The notes beneath the pieces are model-generated. The model saw only the letters and a list, made by a program, of their open reading frames with translations, did not search any database and had not been told where the DNA came from. Position numbers and translations under genes: made by a program. From assembly GCF_009914755.1 (NCBI RefSeq), contig NC_060928.1: DNA of 64,000 bases. One strand, written 5' to 3'. This DNA comes from the human T2T-CHM13v2.0 reference genome, Homo sapiens. Shown piece after piece: positions 28,461 to 43,800 of the stretch (position 1 is its first letter; every line of letters begins with the position of its first letter).

Positions 28461-28643
28461 TTTGCTCCCGGAGATCACAAAACTAGGAAATAGGGTGTGT
28501 GGGAGAGACCTGAATGGCCGAAACAACCGTAAAGAAGGTGTAAGAAGCGCGAGCCCAGGAGGGAAAAAGCTGGGCCAGGGCCGGGACAAAGGTTTCCCAG
28601 GGAGGGCCAACTCTTCCGTGTCTCTGGCGGGTTTTCCTTGTTA

Positions 28644-29258
<615 letters not shown>

Positions 29259-29744
29259 TCAGCATGCCCACCTGCAACGCGGACGCCAACTGGACCGGCG
29301 GCAGAAGCCGTGGAAGAGCTGGGCTGCCTGGCGCCGGAGGAGGGTGCGCGCGGCGGCTCCGGGCCGCGAGGAGCGCTGCGCCTGTGGGGTGTGCAGGCGC
29401 AAGTGTGGGTGTCCGCGCCCCATTTCCTCCCCTCCCCCAGCGCCGCACGTTTTATTTACATGTTTATCTCACTGCAGCGGCACATTCACTTTTATAGCCT
29501 GTGCTTTCAAGTATATTTATACACCTCTGCGCAGACACACCAAATCTCCTGGGACGCGCACACGCGCGTGGTTTACAGACCCCCCTCCCCCTCGCAGAAA
29601 GCTCAGATTTCCATGCGGTTTGGGAAGGCTAGGAAAAGATGTGGGGATTCGGTTGGGCACCGAAGTTCGCCGGCCCTTTCCCAAAAAAAAAAAAAAATGC
29701 CTCTTCGCGAAGGGCATTTCTGAGTGGTTTCAGGCAATTTCCTA

Positions 29745-30527
<783 letters not shown>

Positions 30528-33500
30528 TCAGCGGGCAAACGAAGACATGGGATGTGGGCAGAAGGGCACCACTCAGAGCGTCTTTAGGGAGCAGGCTTCC
30601 AAGCTCCAAAGCGAAACAAGAGTGGGCAAAGACCCCCTTCTTCTCTCCCTCCCTCCCCCAAGAACCCCTCCAATAAGGAAAGCTAACGCCGACCGCGCTC
30701 TGCCCGCCCCCCCCCACGCGGCAGCCCTGACAGAGAAGTGTCAAGAGTGACAGGGACAGGTAGGTGATATTAGATCCCCTGCGGCGGCAGCAGCCGCTGC
30801 AGCCACGACGCGGCCCTCTGAGCGCACCCTCCGCAACGCGCACACGCACACCCCTCGGGCGGTCGAACAGGAGCCGGGCCTTGCCGCAGCTCAGCTCCAG
30901 GCACCCAGGCGAGCGACGGACCAGATCTGCGGCTCCGCGCTTCCCTGTTGGCCTAACATCTTAAAACCAGAGGCGGGCTTCCTGGTGCCGAGACGTCACT
31001 CCGCCGCGGCCCTCCCCAGCCCTCTCCGCCTCCGCCTCCTCCCAGACCCTTCTCCGGGTGCGACTGACGTGGCTCCGCACCAATCAGGACGCCCCGAGCC
31101 GCGGTGGAGGGACTGTCCTGCCTGCACCTATCAGCAGTGCGGGGCCGGGCTACTGCCTCGCCGTGCGCACTGGGTCTACACAGGCAAGCTCCCGGGAATT
31201 CAGCTCCTGCCCAGCCCAAGGCGATCCGGCTTTTAGTACGAACCCAAAGGTGAAGAGATGAGGCTAGGAGTCGAAGGCTTGGGAGAAGAGAGTGGAATGG
31301 TCAAGAAGAGAAAGGTACAAGGATCAACAAGACACCCACTCTTTGTGTCTCACTACATCCATTTCCAATCCCCCACCCCATATAAAAAGGAGACACGTTA
31401 CTTAAAACTAGAAAATTTGAAAAACAGCAACAAATCACCTCTCCGATCTTAAATTTTCCAAACAGCCTGTCAAGTGAATGCTGCGCTAATCTGAAGAAGC
31501 TTTAATTGCAAAGAAGACAGAGCCCTGAAAAGGCAGGCTAATAAATTAGAAATCGAGAAGCAAATGGACCCGTCAAAAGAAAATTACCTTGACTTTAAAC
31601 GAACAACTGTTTGGTGGTTCACTCTGGATTTATACAAGAATAAAAAGTCGCCTCAGATCACGTTCTCTGTGATGCTTATTAGTCCCCAGACAGAAAACAC
31701 ACAATAGAAGAGAAACCCTAACCCAGCGTTTTCAAAATGCTGAAAGCTTATCCATTCTACTTAACGTTGATTAAGACACATATCCTAGATCTTTCAAATT
31801 CCTTGTACACTGTATTAAGCTCGTCCTAACCCGAGAGAGCCACGCTTTAAATTCGACTCTCTTGTTTACTTTATTATCAATCAGATTTAAATCCATAAAG
31901 CCTGTAGAATCAACAACCTTGAGCTAATTATATATGAAATATGCCTTAATGAATTTCCATACAATTAAGAATGTTGCCAAATAACCAATTTCAAGGATAA
32001 TTTTTAACAGTCATTTTCTTTTCCCGGTGAGCTCAAGGCTGTCTTGAGCCATTAAAGTCCAAGCAGGCAGAAGGGGTGTGTGTGAGCTAAGGGCGAAAAG
32101 CCTAGAACTGCGCTCAACTAGCAAAAGCAAAACCTTATTTATATAAAACAAAAAAAATCACCTTTGGAGACATCAACTCTTTATAGCACTGTTTCCAAGC
32201 AAATTTAATTTCCAAAGAAATTAAAGAAAGAAATCCAAACATATTCAAAATAATTTTTGAAAGTCCTTTTGTCCCCCAGCATAGGTCAGCTGGAGAGGAC
32301 AAACTAATCTCCTCTGGGTTTCTGCATGGGCGATTGTTTTACTATGGAGTTAGTGTTATCATCTCTGAATGTGTATTTGTTTGACATTACAGTCAATGAT
32401 TTGCAATGCCAGCATGAAGTATCTTTAAAACACTCCCTCCTTGTCCTTGTTCACAAGATTGGGAAACTTATTCGATGTGGAACAAAGTGGATGAAGCAGA
32501 CTACAAATATATTTGCAACTTATGTGTCTCTCCTTTGCCCTGACCACCCCCAAACCCTATCTGCAACTCCTCCCCATTTTAAACTTGCAGTCCAAAGACG
32601 CACATGAGAATTGTTTTTCAGTCTTTCTTCACCAGTATCATCCCACTTTAAGAATAATTTAGCTGCAAGGGAGGAATTTCTTCATAGTAAGCTTTAAATC
32701 AGCATTTCTGCTTTTAACCTTTTATTCCACTTTACCCCATTCCACACATACAGACACCTGCTCAGAGTAAAACACATCCTCATGTGACAGGTCTGCATTA
32801 GCTGAGGCTCATACATCCAGCTATATTAGGTCCTGCAATCTTATCACTAAATTATACACATTACACTAGCAGCCTGTTGGTAAAGAAGGTTAAATTAATT
32901 TACATTCTGCTCATTATCTGGTGCTTAAATGACGCATTTTATCCCGGAGATTTGGCGGAGAATCTCCTTCTCAGACCCCACAGCGTTTCACTGAAGACAA
33001 TGCTCTTACATTTGTAGTGGTTTTTAATCTGATAAGACTCTAATTTGCTTAAGTCTTTTAAATAAGGGTTTTAAATGTTTCTAGCCGTTTTCTTATTGAA
33101 TTTCCTCTAATTCCCCCAAGATCATAAAGTATATGTGTAAAGTAAATATTTCCTCCCATTGCACTGCCAGCCGATGACCTATAACTAAGTCAATAAGAAT
33201 CCAGCTCTTTTCTGCTGAATGTGTTTACTAATCATATTCCAGTTTCTTCTTTTAAACCTCAGAATAGCTGTGGTCCCCACAATACCATGCCCCTTAAAGC
33301 TTCATTTCATGAAGGGACTCCATCACATTAAAGAATGAAAAAAATCTCCACTGTAGTTAGTATACACAGCCCCTCACTCCTTGTTTTTCAAGATTCAAAC
33401 CCCAGAGCTGCAAATATTTTTGGAAGCTTGGGTGTTAATGCCTTATTTTAGAAAGCCGAGAAGCCCCACAGAGCCATATAGATTTCTAAACCCATCTCTC

Positions 33501-36500
33501 ATAAACCCACAGAATTTTGATAAAAGCTCTGGTGGCTCCACTCTACCGATGGAACTTTCATCACGACAAATATACATGTATGAAGGACCTCAATCAGCCT
33601 CCAAAGTGGTTGAAAAACCCAAGGGCACGTGACTGCTCCTCATAGTGCCAACGTGTGCGAGATGTTGGAAGCACTGGGGATCAGCAGCAGCCTAGATGCC
33701 TAAAAAGATAAGGTGTCCTAATTTGTGTGGACCCATTGAAGTCAAGTGGTGAATAAAGACAATTATCTAGATAATTCAGATTAAAGTAAAAGCAAAACCA
33801 TATCTATTTGTATATATATATTCACATCCATTTTATATTACAGACACACACACGCACACACACACTGGCTCTGTAAACAACTGACTCAAAGTGAGGATTT
33901 TCTTTGCATTTTTCCAGCAGGAGTTTCAACATTCTCCTAATCTCCTAATCACTTTACACACTCACAGCAGCGGCGATTGGGTGACATTCTTCTCAGGCCC
34001 CCTGTGTGGCAGGACACCAACATGATAAGTCTGCATGGGGAAAAGGAGGTATGTGGTGGGAACTAAGAAACACTGTCCAGTGAAAACTCTGTGGCATGGT
34101 GGTGGTTGATTTTGGAGATTTAATGTACATAAGACTTGTGGGTGCACAGGCATAGGCAGCATGGATGAGAAAGGGGCCAGAAGAAAATAAATCTTATGCA
34201 TTTTGTGATTCCAGCATTACTGTGACCTCTGGCTAAGTTCTTCTTAATTGGTTTTAGAAATTACTATGAGTTCAGCCTCTAACACAGAAATTTCCAATAC
34301 GGAGAACATTGGTGGGATCCTGGTAGGGAAACTAGAGGTGCTGCATGGCTCACGTGGGGCAAAGAAGGAAAGCCCAGTGCCGGCGTGAGGTTTTGAGTCT
34401 GGGAGACATCAGGGGTTGTCTCGATTGGGGTTTCTTGCTTATTCTTTCAAAGAAAGACCCTAGAGGAGGGAAATGTGTGACATGGGGTCAGCCGTGTTTT
34501 GTGCTGGTATTTGCCACCGATTACCAGTCTTAAAGTCTTATTTAATTTCACACTCTTCAGTGTTAGTTGTGCAAAGTCCCTCTGGCCATGGCAGTGAGCG
34601 GTTGGGCTGTGCCGCCAAACTCTCCGTATCAATCTGGCCTGGGACTCAACCAAGTGATCTCTGACTTTTGGAAAGAGTCTGTCTTCAGAGTTCACCCAGA
34701 AGATGGCTTAATTAGACATCTCCCTGAGCTGTTAGGCCTTAGACGGGTGGGAGTCCTGCCCTGCCCAAGCTAGCTCAAGGACGAGGCCCGCCTGGACTCA
34801 GCTTGGAGCCACGTGATGGGCGTGAGTGTGTGAGCTCCTGGTAAGGCGCAGAGGTCAGATGGAGACCTTGCATCCTGCCCGAGAAGTGCCCCACCCCCTC
34901 CAATATCTGGCTTTTCTCTGCATACAAACCAAGCTGAAAACAGTCCACTACCCACCACCCCTCATAGCTATGGAACCAAATAACCCAGAAATTAAAAGCT
35001 TCACTGTAGCTGTCCTTTTCCCCATTTCCTAAATGGAATTTAAAAAGCTCTGGCTTGTCAAAAGGGGAAGATTATTTTCTGAATTGGAAGTCTGTAGATA
35101 TATTGAGCAACAGCCACCCTCTCTGGGTCCCTGCAAATGGTACCCATTTTTCCAACCCACAGCTCTAGCTGCTCAACCATTTGAGATTTGGGGTAACTAC
35201 CTGGGGGAACAGTGTTCAGATGGCAGTGGGAGTTACCACCTCACAGTGGCCTGGGGAAGAGAAGAGAAAGAGATTAGAGGAGGGGGCATTTGCTAAAATC
35301 ACTCAACGAACATGCTGTTAATGCTTCCTCACATTTGCATGTTACTGCCACAGTTTTCCTAGGTGTCACTGAGTCTCCAGAAAGCAACTACTTGCCGAAC
35401 TAAGTAAAATAAGGAGAATGGTATAGCACATGTGTTTGGAGAAGGGGAAGGAAGGGTGGAATATGAAATTGAGCATAGATATCCAGGTCAGGAAAGAAGG
35501 AAGTGGCAAGGGGCTAAATGAAGTCCCACCCCCCCGCCACTTTTTTAAACAACAGTTGGATTAAACACTCATCTGTCTTCCTCTTTTTCTCTTTTCTTCC
35601 CTCTCCAGCTTATGTCCATCTCCCTTTTCTATTTCTTTTGCTCTCCCTTCTTTCTGTTTTCTCTCTCCCAGACATGCTGGTAGCTAACATTCAGCATTAG
35701 TTGTCATGGTGACCATAAATCACCTAAATCCAAAAATACCCACCTATAATCTGAGATGAAGCTTTTATTTCCCTAGCGAAATAATATTTTAAAAGCTGTC
35801 AGCTGACAAAAAAAAAGGAACCCACCTCATTGTAGTAACCCAAGTAATATATTACTTCTAAAGGTTTAAATTAAAATGTCAGCCTGTTAAAAACATGCTG
35901 GTAGAGTCTTGGACACTCTTCCCGTCAGATCCTCACAAAGAAGTTGACTCTGTCATTCCTGGTCGCTCTTTAACATACACACACAATTCTGTATGCTCTC
36001 TCCCTTTCTATTAATTTCTTCCTCCCCTACCAACTACTTTAGTTCTCAAAGACTCTACGCATTGGGTTCTAAAAGAAAAGAATCTCCTCCTGGATCAGAA
36101 AACAGCCTCATTGGTTGCTGAAGTGAAAGATGTGGGGTTTAGGGGGAAAGGTTATTAGGACCATAATGGCGGTGGTGGTAGGAGGTCATCCTAGAGGAGT
36201 TAAGAAGAAAAAAAAATGCAGGGAGAAGGACTGGAGGTGGAAAGACAGAGTAACAGAAAACTGAGCTGGGTGGTCAGGTGCTGCGGTGAAGTCTAGCCCC
36301 GAAATGATAGGTATATATTCTCCCACTCCTGCCTTTTTCTCCTCTGAGAGAAAACTTTCCTAGTCAGAGACCCTGGGGGGTAGGAGGCGGGCAAACGCCG
36401 CTGCAGTTGGGCCTTTTGTCTTCTACCTTGGGCTTGTTGTCTTTTGCCTATCTTGGATTACAGGGTATTCGCCTAGATGAAGAGCCATTAATTACCCATT

Positions 36501-36619
36501 CAGTCAATATTAGGAAGACGACAAAGCTTTTTACATAGGATTAAGAAGACATCAGATTGTTCCATTAGTATATTCCTGCTCACGAATAAGCTTTCGTTAT
36601 ACATTTCCTTTTCCCCCGA

Positions 36620-37630
36620 GCCGCTCTAACAACTGCTGCATATATTAGCAGCGGGCGGTGAGGAATAACAGCCGAACCAGCCTTAAGAAACTTTGTGTAC
36701 CGAGTCAGCAGCGAGGAACGCGACCTGTGAAGACCACTTTTGCGGGCAGGGATCCGCAGGGACTGACTACTTTCGGACAACTGGTACAATTTCCCCTGGG
36801 GGTGAAAAACCACAACGCGGCGGGGCACCTTTCAAGTGAGCTGCAGATTTGATTGGCGCGGGGGGTGGGGGAGGGGAGGGGAGAATGGGATGGCGGAGGT
36901 CGGGCGGAGGAAAGAAAATGGAAAACTCTCCTTACCCCTATTTCGTTGCTTTTTCCTCAAGCCTCATGCCCCCTTCGGCAAGCACCTGTCCCTTCCGCGC
37001 TAGCCACAGCTAGAGTTCTCCACCTTTCTCTACACATCCCCTTCTTTCTGACAAGGCTCAGGACCTTGGTCACCACCCCACGCACCACCATTTTGCGTTT
37101 TGCTAGAGACGGTCTGGGCTGATCTCGCTGGTGTCCATGTTAGGATTAAAATCCCTTCATGACGGCGAGGAAAACTGTATTATTTGCTTTCAGGGGGTAC
37201 ATTAGGAGTCCACGTAGTATATGCTCCGCAAACATTCGCTGATTGAATGAGAGGCGCGGGGGCGGGGCGGCGGAGAGGGGTCTGCGGCCGCCAAGGCCGC
37301 CAGGGTTAACCCAGGTCCTTCGAAGAAGGTTGGGACCGAGCTGCTGCCGCGTGTGAAGGTGTGTGTCGCGGCTGGGGGTGCCACAACGGGCCATGGAGCC
37401 CACCTCCCAGAGGGAGGAAGTCTTTGCACACCAGCGACTTGGGTCGAACACTTTCAGCCCATCCACTGGGCCAAAGCTATTTAACAATTAATGCGTTCCT
37501 GGGGGAGGCCGGGGGAAGTACCCGCCCCTTGTCGGGACGCAAAGCCAGGCGTCAGGTCCAAAGGGGCTGCAGTGCAGTCCGATTTCAGCACGGAACCCAG
37601 AGCCGCCGCCCTGAAACTTTTTAAGCCAGT
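36620..37630. promoter_or_regulatory. Intronic CpG-rich block
   Basis: Retained CpGs, GC boxes, G-run cluster 36859-36889. Confidence 0.6.
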
Positions 37631-40200
37631 GACAGAGGAGGGTCAGTCCGTCCTCCTCCTGAGGGTGAAGACCATTTTATGAGTTCCTTTCAGGACCCCC
37701 AAAGCAAGAAAAGCCAAAGAAAGGTCTCTTTGCTCTAGGGGGTCGTTCTCAGCTGGCTTCTACACCATCTTCTGCTAGCTGCGTCCACCCTCTCTCAAAC
37801 CTCTGGCTTTTAGGGGTCTCCAGTCGCTCTCGTGCTACCCCCGTTTCGGGGTTCTATCCAGGCTGGGCATCCGCCCAATGGATACCAAGGAGAATGGGAC
37901 TCACTAGGGAAGGAAGGCAGAGCCTGGACTGCTTAGAGGTGGACTCTGCCTATACAGAACGTTTAGTCTTTAACGAGGACATGGTATTTTTGGGCGGCGT
38001 TGGGGGCAGAGGCGGAGAGGGTAGCGTAATAGACTATCACGGCCTTTTGAAGAAGTCATATGTCATTGTGAACTTTTTTTCTCTTTAAAAGCAAAGAAAA
38101 ACTTTAAAAAAACACAAGAAATAAATCCTTTTGTTTTACAAGCAGGCTGTGGCCAGGACTTTGGATATTCCATAAGTTAACTTAAAATCAGGGAAGGATA
38201 GGTGCTCTATCCTTCAGCAGTGCTATAGCTTTGCCCACTCGTGTGATTTTTTTTTGTCGTCTACTAGTTCCTTAAAAGCCAATTAAATCAAGATTTTCAG
38301 CATTTCTTCCCATTACATGCCTTTTCTTAATTAATGGCATTAAACGTGTTTAGGCAGCAATTTTTCTTTTCGGTCAAAAAGTAGAAAAAGACATATTGAG
38401 TGTAGGGGAAGAGCCTTTCACGTGCACTAAAACAATGCGGGCCTGAAAGTAATGGTTAAGAAAGCAATCATTCATTATTTCTAGTTCTTTATGTGCTAGT
38501 TATCAAAAGCGAACGACCAGGGGCGCCTGCGCGGCTTGTGACTGGCGCAAGCAGAACTCCTCTGCTCTTAGCCGTTTCCTGCTCACCTACGAGGACCCCA
38601 TCCTACCGTAGGCTTCTCCACCTGTCCTCAGAATGCATTCCCCATGTCTAGGAAACCTGGGGTAGGGACTGGGGGAAGGAGACATTTTGCGTCTCTCTGG
38701 CTCCCAGCACAATAAGAAATGTCAGCCTCGGCTTGGCGACTGCGAGCCCGCCCCGCGCGAAGCGAGATTGGGGAGCTCCTCTAGTCTGGCCGGAGCCAGG
38801 GCTGAGCCCGCGCAAAGCATTCTCCCCAGAAGTCATCGCTGCTCTTGATTTTTAACCATATCCCAAACATACTACGGTCTAATAATTTATTTTTACTACC
38901 GATTATCAAACAGAAGAAGAATTTAACACAATCTAAATGACAGAAATCACGCGACGTTATCTCTGCATTGCCCCCATTTAACCCCATGGGGTTAATCCCG
39001 GACAAGTGAGCGTTTAACTGGCCCAGCAGGGCGACTGGCGGTGTAGTGCAGTGTCCGGGCGTGAAGCACTGGATCGCTTTAGACGCTTCATTTCAACAAA
39101 CGATCATTTTCTCTCAGATTCACGGGGAAACTCCAATGCAAGACCTTTGTTTTCTTCTTAGTAATACGGTTTGTTTTTTTGACCGGGGTCCCAAATCGCC
39201 CCCCTCCATCCCATATTACATTTGTATTCTTACACTTTAATCCGGAAAGAGGGGGTTAGGGGCCGAGGGCTGTGGGGGGGGGGGGCTTTATCTGCTCACA
39301 TTATCAAAGGTCAATAGCCTCCTAAGGCTAGGCACTTATTTACTACGGAGCCAGGAAAATAGAGGAACAGTAAATCTGAGGGGTTTTTTTCCATGTATTT
39401 GAAAAGAAAGGCATCTTCCCTCCTCCATCCCTTACACCCCCCCCTCCGCCCCATAGAACAAGCTTCAATTCAGGAAAGGCCTGTGGCGTAGGTTGGAGAC
39501 TTTTTAACTTTTTACATAAGCCTGTAGACCTCCTCTGGCAATGTCCCTCGATTCCTCCAGAGTGAAACCAGCCAATCAAGCAACGACATCGCCAAAACCC
39601 AAGGCCTGGCAACCAGTACTTCAGGCAGGTTCGCGTCGACAGGGGCAAACCTCCATTCTACCCTGGGCTGCTAAGCACAGTGGCTGCCCTCCAGCTCTTC
39701 AGGGATGTTGTCGGCCCCCCGCCCCTCCCCCAACCAGCCAAAGCAAACCTTCGCCAACTCAAGTTTCCCTTGCTTGCCTCCCGCGATGAACCGCGCACCC
39801 ACAAGTCTGGGTGGGGCGTGGCTGAGAGCCTGAGGGACTGAGTGGGCCCTGGTGGTGCTGCGCGCAGCGGGATATAACGAGCGACAGAGGTCGCTGTTGG
39901 ACCACTTTTCCACGCCAGCCTAGACGCCGAGGTTTGCTGGAGCGTGCGCAGGGGATCAGACCACAGGGAGCGAGCGAGAGGGAGAGAGAGGTGTTGGGTC
40001 TCAGGAGTGCAGTATAATTTGGGGAAAGGAATTAACGTCCCTGGGACGGCTGCTTCCCGTCCCACCCAGAGGCGGAGTGTCTAAGTTCAAGCAGCAGGCG
40101 CGTCAGGTCTGGCGGCCTCGCCTTCTTGCGCTTCGCCCGAGGCCCAGAGTCCCGGAGGCGGGTGCCCAGCGCGCGGCCTGCGCTTCCCTCCCGGCCTTAC

Positions 40201-40338
40201 CATTGGCGCCAGGATGCTGCCGCGGGAAGAACTTGCTGCTGGCTGCCTCTTTTCGGCTCTCAGGAGAGTCCGTGAACTCGACCTTTTTGATTTCGGAGTC
40301 TTTGGAGAAGAGACATTCAACGGCCGCCGGCTGCACGC
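40201..40338 (-). CDS. PITX2: PITX2b cassette exon (GVQPAAVECLFSKDSEIKKVEFTDSPESRKEAASSKFFPRQHPGAN)
   Basis: Acceptor ggcccag|GC, donor AATG|gtaagg, 138 nt symmetric phase-1 exon adding 46 aa. Confidence 0.97.
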
Positions 40339-40810
40339 CTGGGCCACGCGCGCGCCCGCCCCACGTGCGGAGAGAGGCGTCCCGGACCGCGGCCGAAAGG
40401 AGCCGGGGACGGGAGGAGGGGGAGGGGCGAGGCAGGCCGGAGGAGAAAGAGGGACAAAGAGCAAAGACCCAGTTAGAGGAAAGAGCTGACGGCATCCCCG
40501 TCCCCCGGACCCTCTGGCAACCCGGGGCAGGATGGCGTACTCTTTCTGCGCCTCCCCGGTTGCCGGCGGTTCCAGCCGGGAGGAGTAGGCTGGGGGGCTT
40601 CGGTACACAGCGCGCCGCTGCTTCCTAGTCCACCGCCCCGCCACAGGGAGAGGCCACTGGCGATTTGGTTCTGATTTCCTTCCTGCCCAGGCTGGCCCCT
40701 CGGGGAAGCGCCCCTCGCTGGGGCCTCGCCGCAGGGCCAGTGCCCTCTTGCCGCCCTCACGTGGCGCGGCCTCCCGTCCGATGACCCGGGCAGGAGAAGG
40801 GGGTTCTTAC

Positions 40811-40856
40811 CTAATTGCACACACGCCGACACCAGTTTGCGGCAGTTGGTCTCCAT
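40811..40856 (-). CDS. PITX2: PITX2a/b first coding segment (METNCRKLVSACVQL); the exon spans 40811-40866
   Basis: Acceptor ttctgttttgcag|ATAACGGGGA then ATG at 40856, donor TAG|gtaaga. Confidence 0.98.
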
Positions 40857-43800
40857 TCCCCGTTATCTGCAAAACAGAAGAGAAGGAAGGCTGTAAGAAG
40901 CGGCGGCCGTCGAGTGAGCAGGGCTCAGATGAGACTACGTTACACTAGCTGTTAGGCGCCTACTGTGTGCTAGGCTTCAGGCGTGTTTTTCCGACCTGAC
41001 AGCCTCTGGCTGTGCAGCAGCATCTCCAGCCTAGCCTCGGGCCCAGGACATTTATTTATCAAGAGGGGATCTCCCTCCAGAGTTGCCGCAAAAGTGCCCA
41101 GAGGTTAGAGGACTATAAAGCCACAGTGTGCTGGGGAGGCTGTGGACCTACTTTCAAGAATCTCGGTGCCGGGGTTAAGAACTCATCTGAACGCAATGGC
41201 AGCGGGAGTGGGTGGGTGGAGAGGACTTTTCTCTTTGGGAAGCTGTATGCAAAGACCACCCTTCAGTGCTTGTCCATTAGTTGGAGCTCGGTAAACATTT
41301 GTAGAACATCAGCGCCAACGTGCCCCTGTCCTAGACAGCAGTTTCCCTCGGTTTTCTGTAATTCTGAAACGAACGGGCTCTTGGCCTAGGGTGTTTCAGG
41401 AGCGAGCTGACTTCGGGCCTCTCATCCATCAGGAGCCACTTTTCCATATTTAGCCACACTTTCTCCTAGAGATACTAACCCGGCCATTTATTTACTTACT
41501 ACAAATAATTACCCTAAAGTATGATTTAAGATCGCAGAGGAGAGACACTGGGTGGACTGAGCGAGACTGAGGAGAGCAGGGCAAACGTTCTTGGAGGGTT
41601 TACTGCCCGCCAAGGACGGAGAAATAGCTCTGGTATAACTGCTACCCAGTTCTCCCCCTTTCTCTCCCGGGCGAGCCAAATCTTTTTCACGTTTTCAACC
41701 GCAACGCAGCGAGCCAAGCATTTAACGCGCTCCCCCTTCTCTGCCACAGGCAAGCCGGGAGAGGTGGGTCTCGAGGGGCTCCACCGGGTGGGTAGAAGAG
41801 CCGCGGTTGCTTTAAAGACAAGAAAAGAAGGTCCAGGGCTCCCTAGGCCCCTTCGATCTCAGCGCCTGCCTCTCTCCACGCTAACCAGGGTACGCCGACG
41901 ACCGGAGGGCCCACTTCGCGCGGGTGCGGGGATCGGGGTGGGAGCAAGCGTTGTCGGGTTGGCGGAGGCACAGAGGCGGGGCAGGGAGCTGCGGGCCTGC
42001 CTCTGGCCTGAGTACCGTTTCCCTGCGTCTCGGCCTCTCCTGAAGGGAGCTGGGCCCTGGGGAGCCTCTGGCCAAGGTCGCTGCCTACAGGAGGGGCTGC
42101 CCGGCGCTGTGGCGTGGGGATCCAGGGTGGGGACGGCCAGGCGGTTCCCCCACCCGCTAGCGAGAACGCGGGCGGGGACTCTGCCGATTCGATCCTTGTG
42201 GGCCCGTGGGCCCAGAAGTAGCAGTTTGGCGGCTCCAGATTTAGTGATTCTGCAGTAAAATCACAGGATTAGTCCCTGATTGAGATGTCTGTTCGTGAGA
42301 TATTACAAAATTCATTATCACAGCTTTCTACTAACTCGATATGAAGTAACACAGATGGGATTTTATTAGTCCAGACTTCAAATGTTTACTTATGATAATT
42401 TCGGAGGAAATTTGCATGTCATCATCATTTCGATAATCTTTTTTTTTTATATGTCTGAACTGGCTGCATTATTAGCTGGTAGCCGGAGCACTGCAGATGG
42501 TAACTGCAAATAGTTTTTATTTATTTATTTTTTTTAAAGAATGAAATATACAAAAGAAAAAGATTGCGTTGCTTGGTGTAAAGTCAGTCAATTATTACAC
42601 ATTCTTCCCCCCACTTCCCCGTGCTTCAGTGCTGAAGACCAAACAAAGCAATACAAAACAAATCTTCAAGAACTCATAGAGCTCCACTCTAAGGACTGAA
42701 AAGAAGGTCAAGGCGTGTTCCTTAGCTCACTCCTACATGTCCTTGTGACTTGGAGATTTATTTTGCAGTCAAAATGAGCCTTGAGACTTGCATTTTTATG
42801 CTTCATTTAATGACCAGGCCTACTAGAAGAACTGAGTCTAAATAACTGGGGAAGATAATTTTTTAAAAAGAGACCTCCAATTCCCGCCTGCTGATCCTTA
42901 AACTTGCCCTATCAAGACAAGTCTTCTGTGAGAAATTTGGCTGCCAGACTTCGGAACTGGCTTCAATGGCTAATCTCACAAATTGAGATGGGAGACTTTT
43001 CCTGATGGGAGGTAGTTCTCACCCCCAAAGTTCATGTTCTAGTTGGAATGTATATGCCAAGGACTCTTGTTTTGGCCAACTTGGGTTTTATATTGTGAGC
43101 ACACAAAAAGCACTACACGGCTAATGGAGGACGAGGAACCATGGCAAAGCAGGCAGGCAAGCCCTAAGAAATAAAACAATTTGCTAAAAAATAATTTCTG
43201 ATGACTACCGCAAGACTGAAAGTGCAGGAAAAATACAGTTCGAATAATCCCAGATCCTTTCACATTTCCCCCCTTTTCATACACTTTGTTACCCCATAAC
43301 AAAATCTTTAATGGAAAGTTTAAAAATAAACAGCACAGGAACATGTGTTTTAAATGAACTAAATTGTGAAATTAGCCAGTAAATTAATTTGTAGTAAGTA
43401 ATTATTTAAGGAAATTAAAATACTGCTCAGTTCAGTTCTGTATTTTACCATGTGTATGCGTTCTTTACAACCAATTAATATAAGTGCTTTAGGAACATTT
43501 GAAGACAAACACGCTTAACTTAAGGAACAAAGCACCTAAATAATTTAAGTGTAATTTTGCTGAGTTAAAGTAAAACATTCCACAAATGAAGTGGCTATTT
43601 AATTTTTTAGGGAAAGTTTGGTTATTGAAATGTTGTATGCTCATGTTACATCAACAAAAATCTTCAATTTATTTTGCTTATGTGCTTTGTTTTCTTGATA
43701 TTATTGGTATTTGAATTTTAGGTGGATTTCTGCCAAAATGATATTTTGTGTGATAAAAGCATCTTTAGTTTTGATTGATAGACTAAAACAAATGCAAGGA

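Larger units (their letters stand above)
39700..42250. promoter_or_regulatory. CpG-rich region over exons 2-3 and the flanking introns
   Basis: High GC and CpG density; AP-2-like GCCTGAGGG at 39828-39836. Confidence 0.8.
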
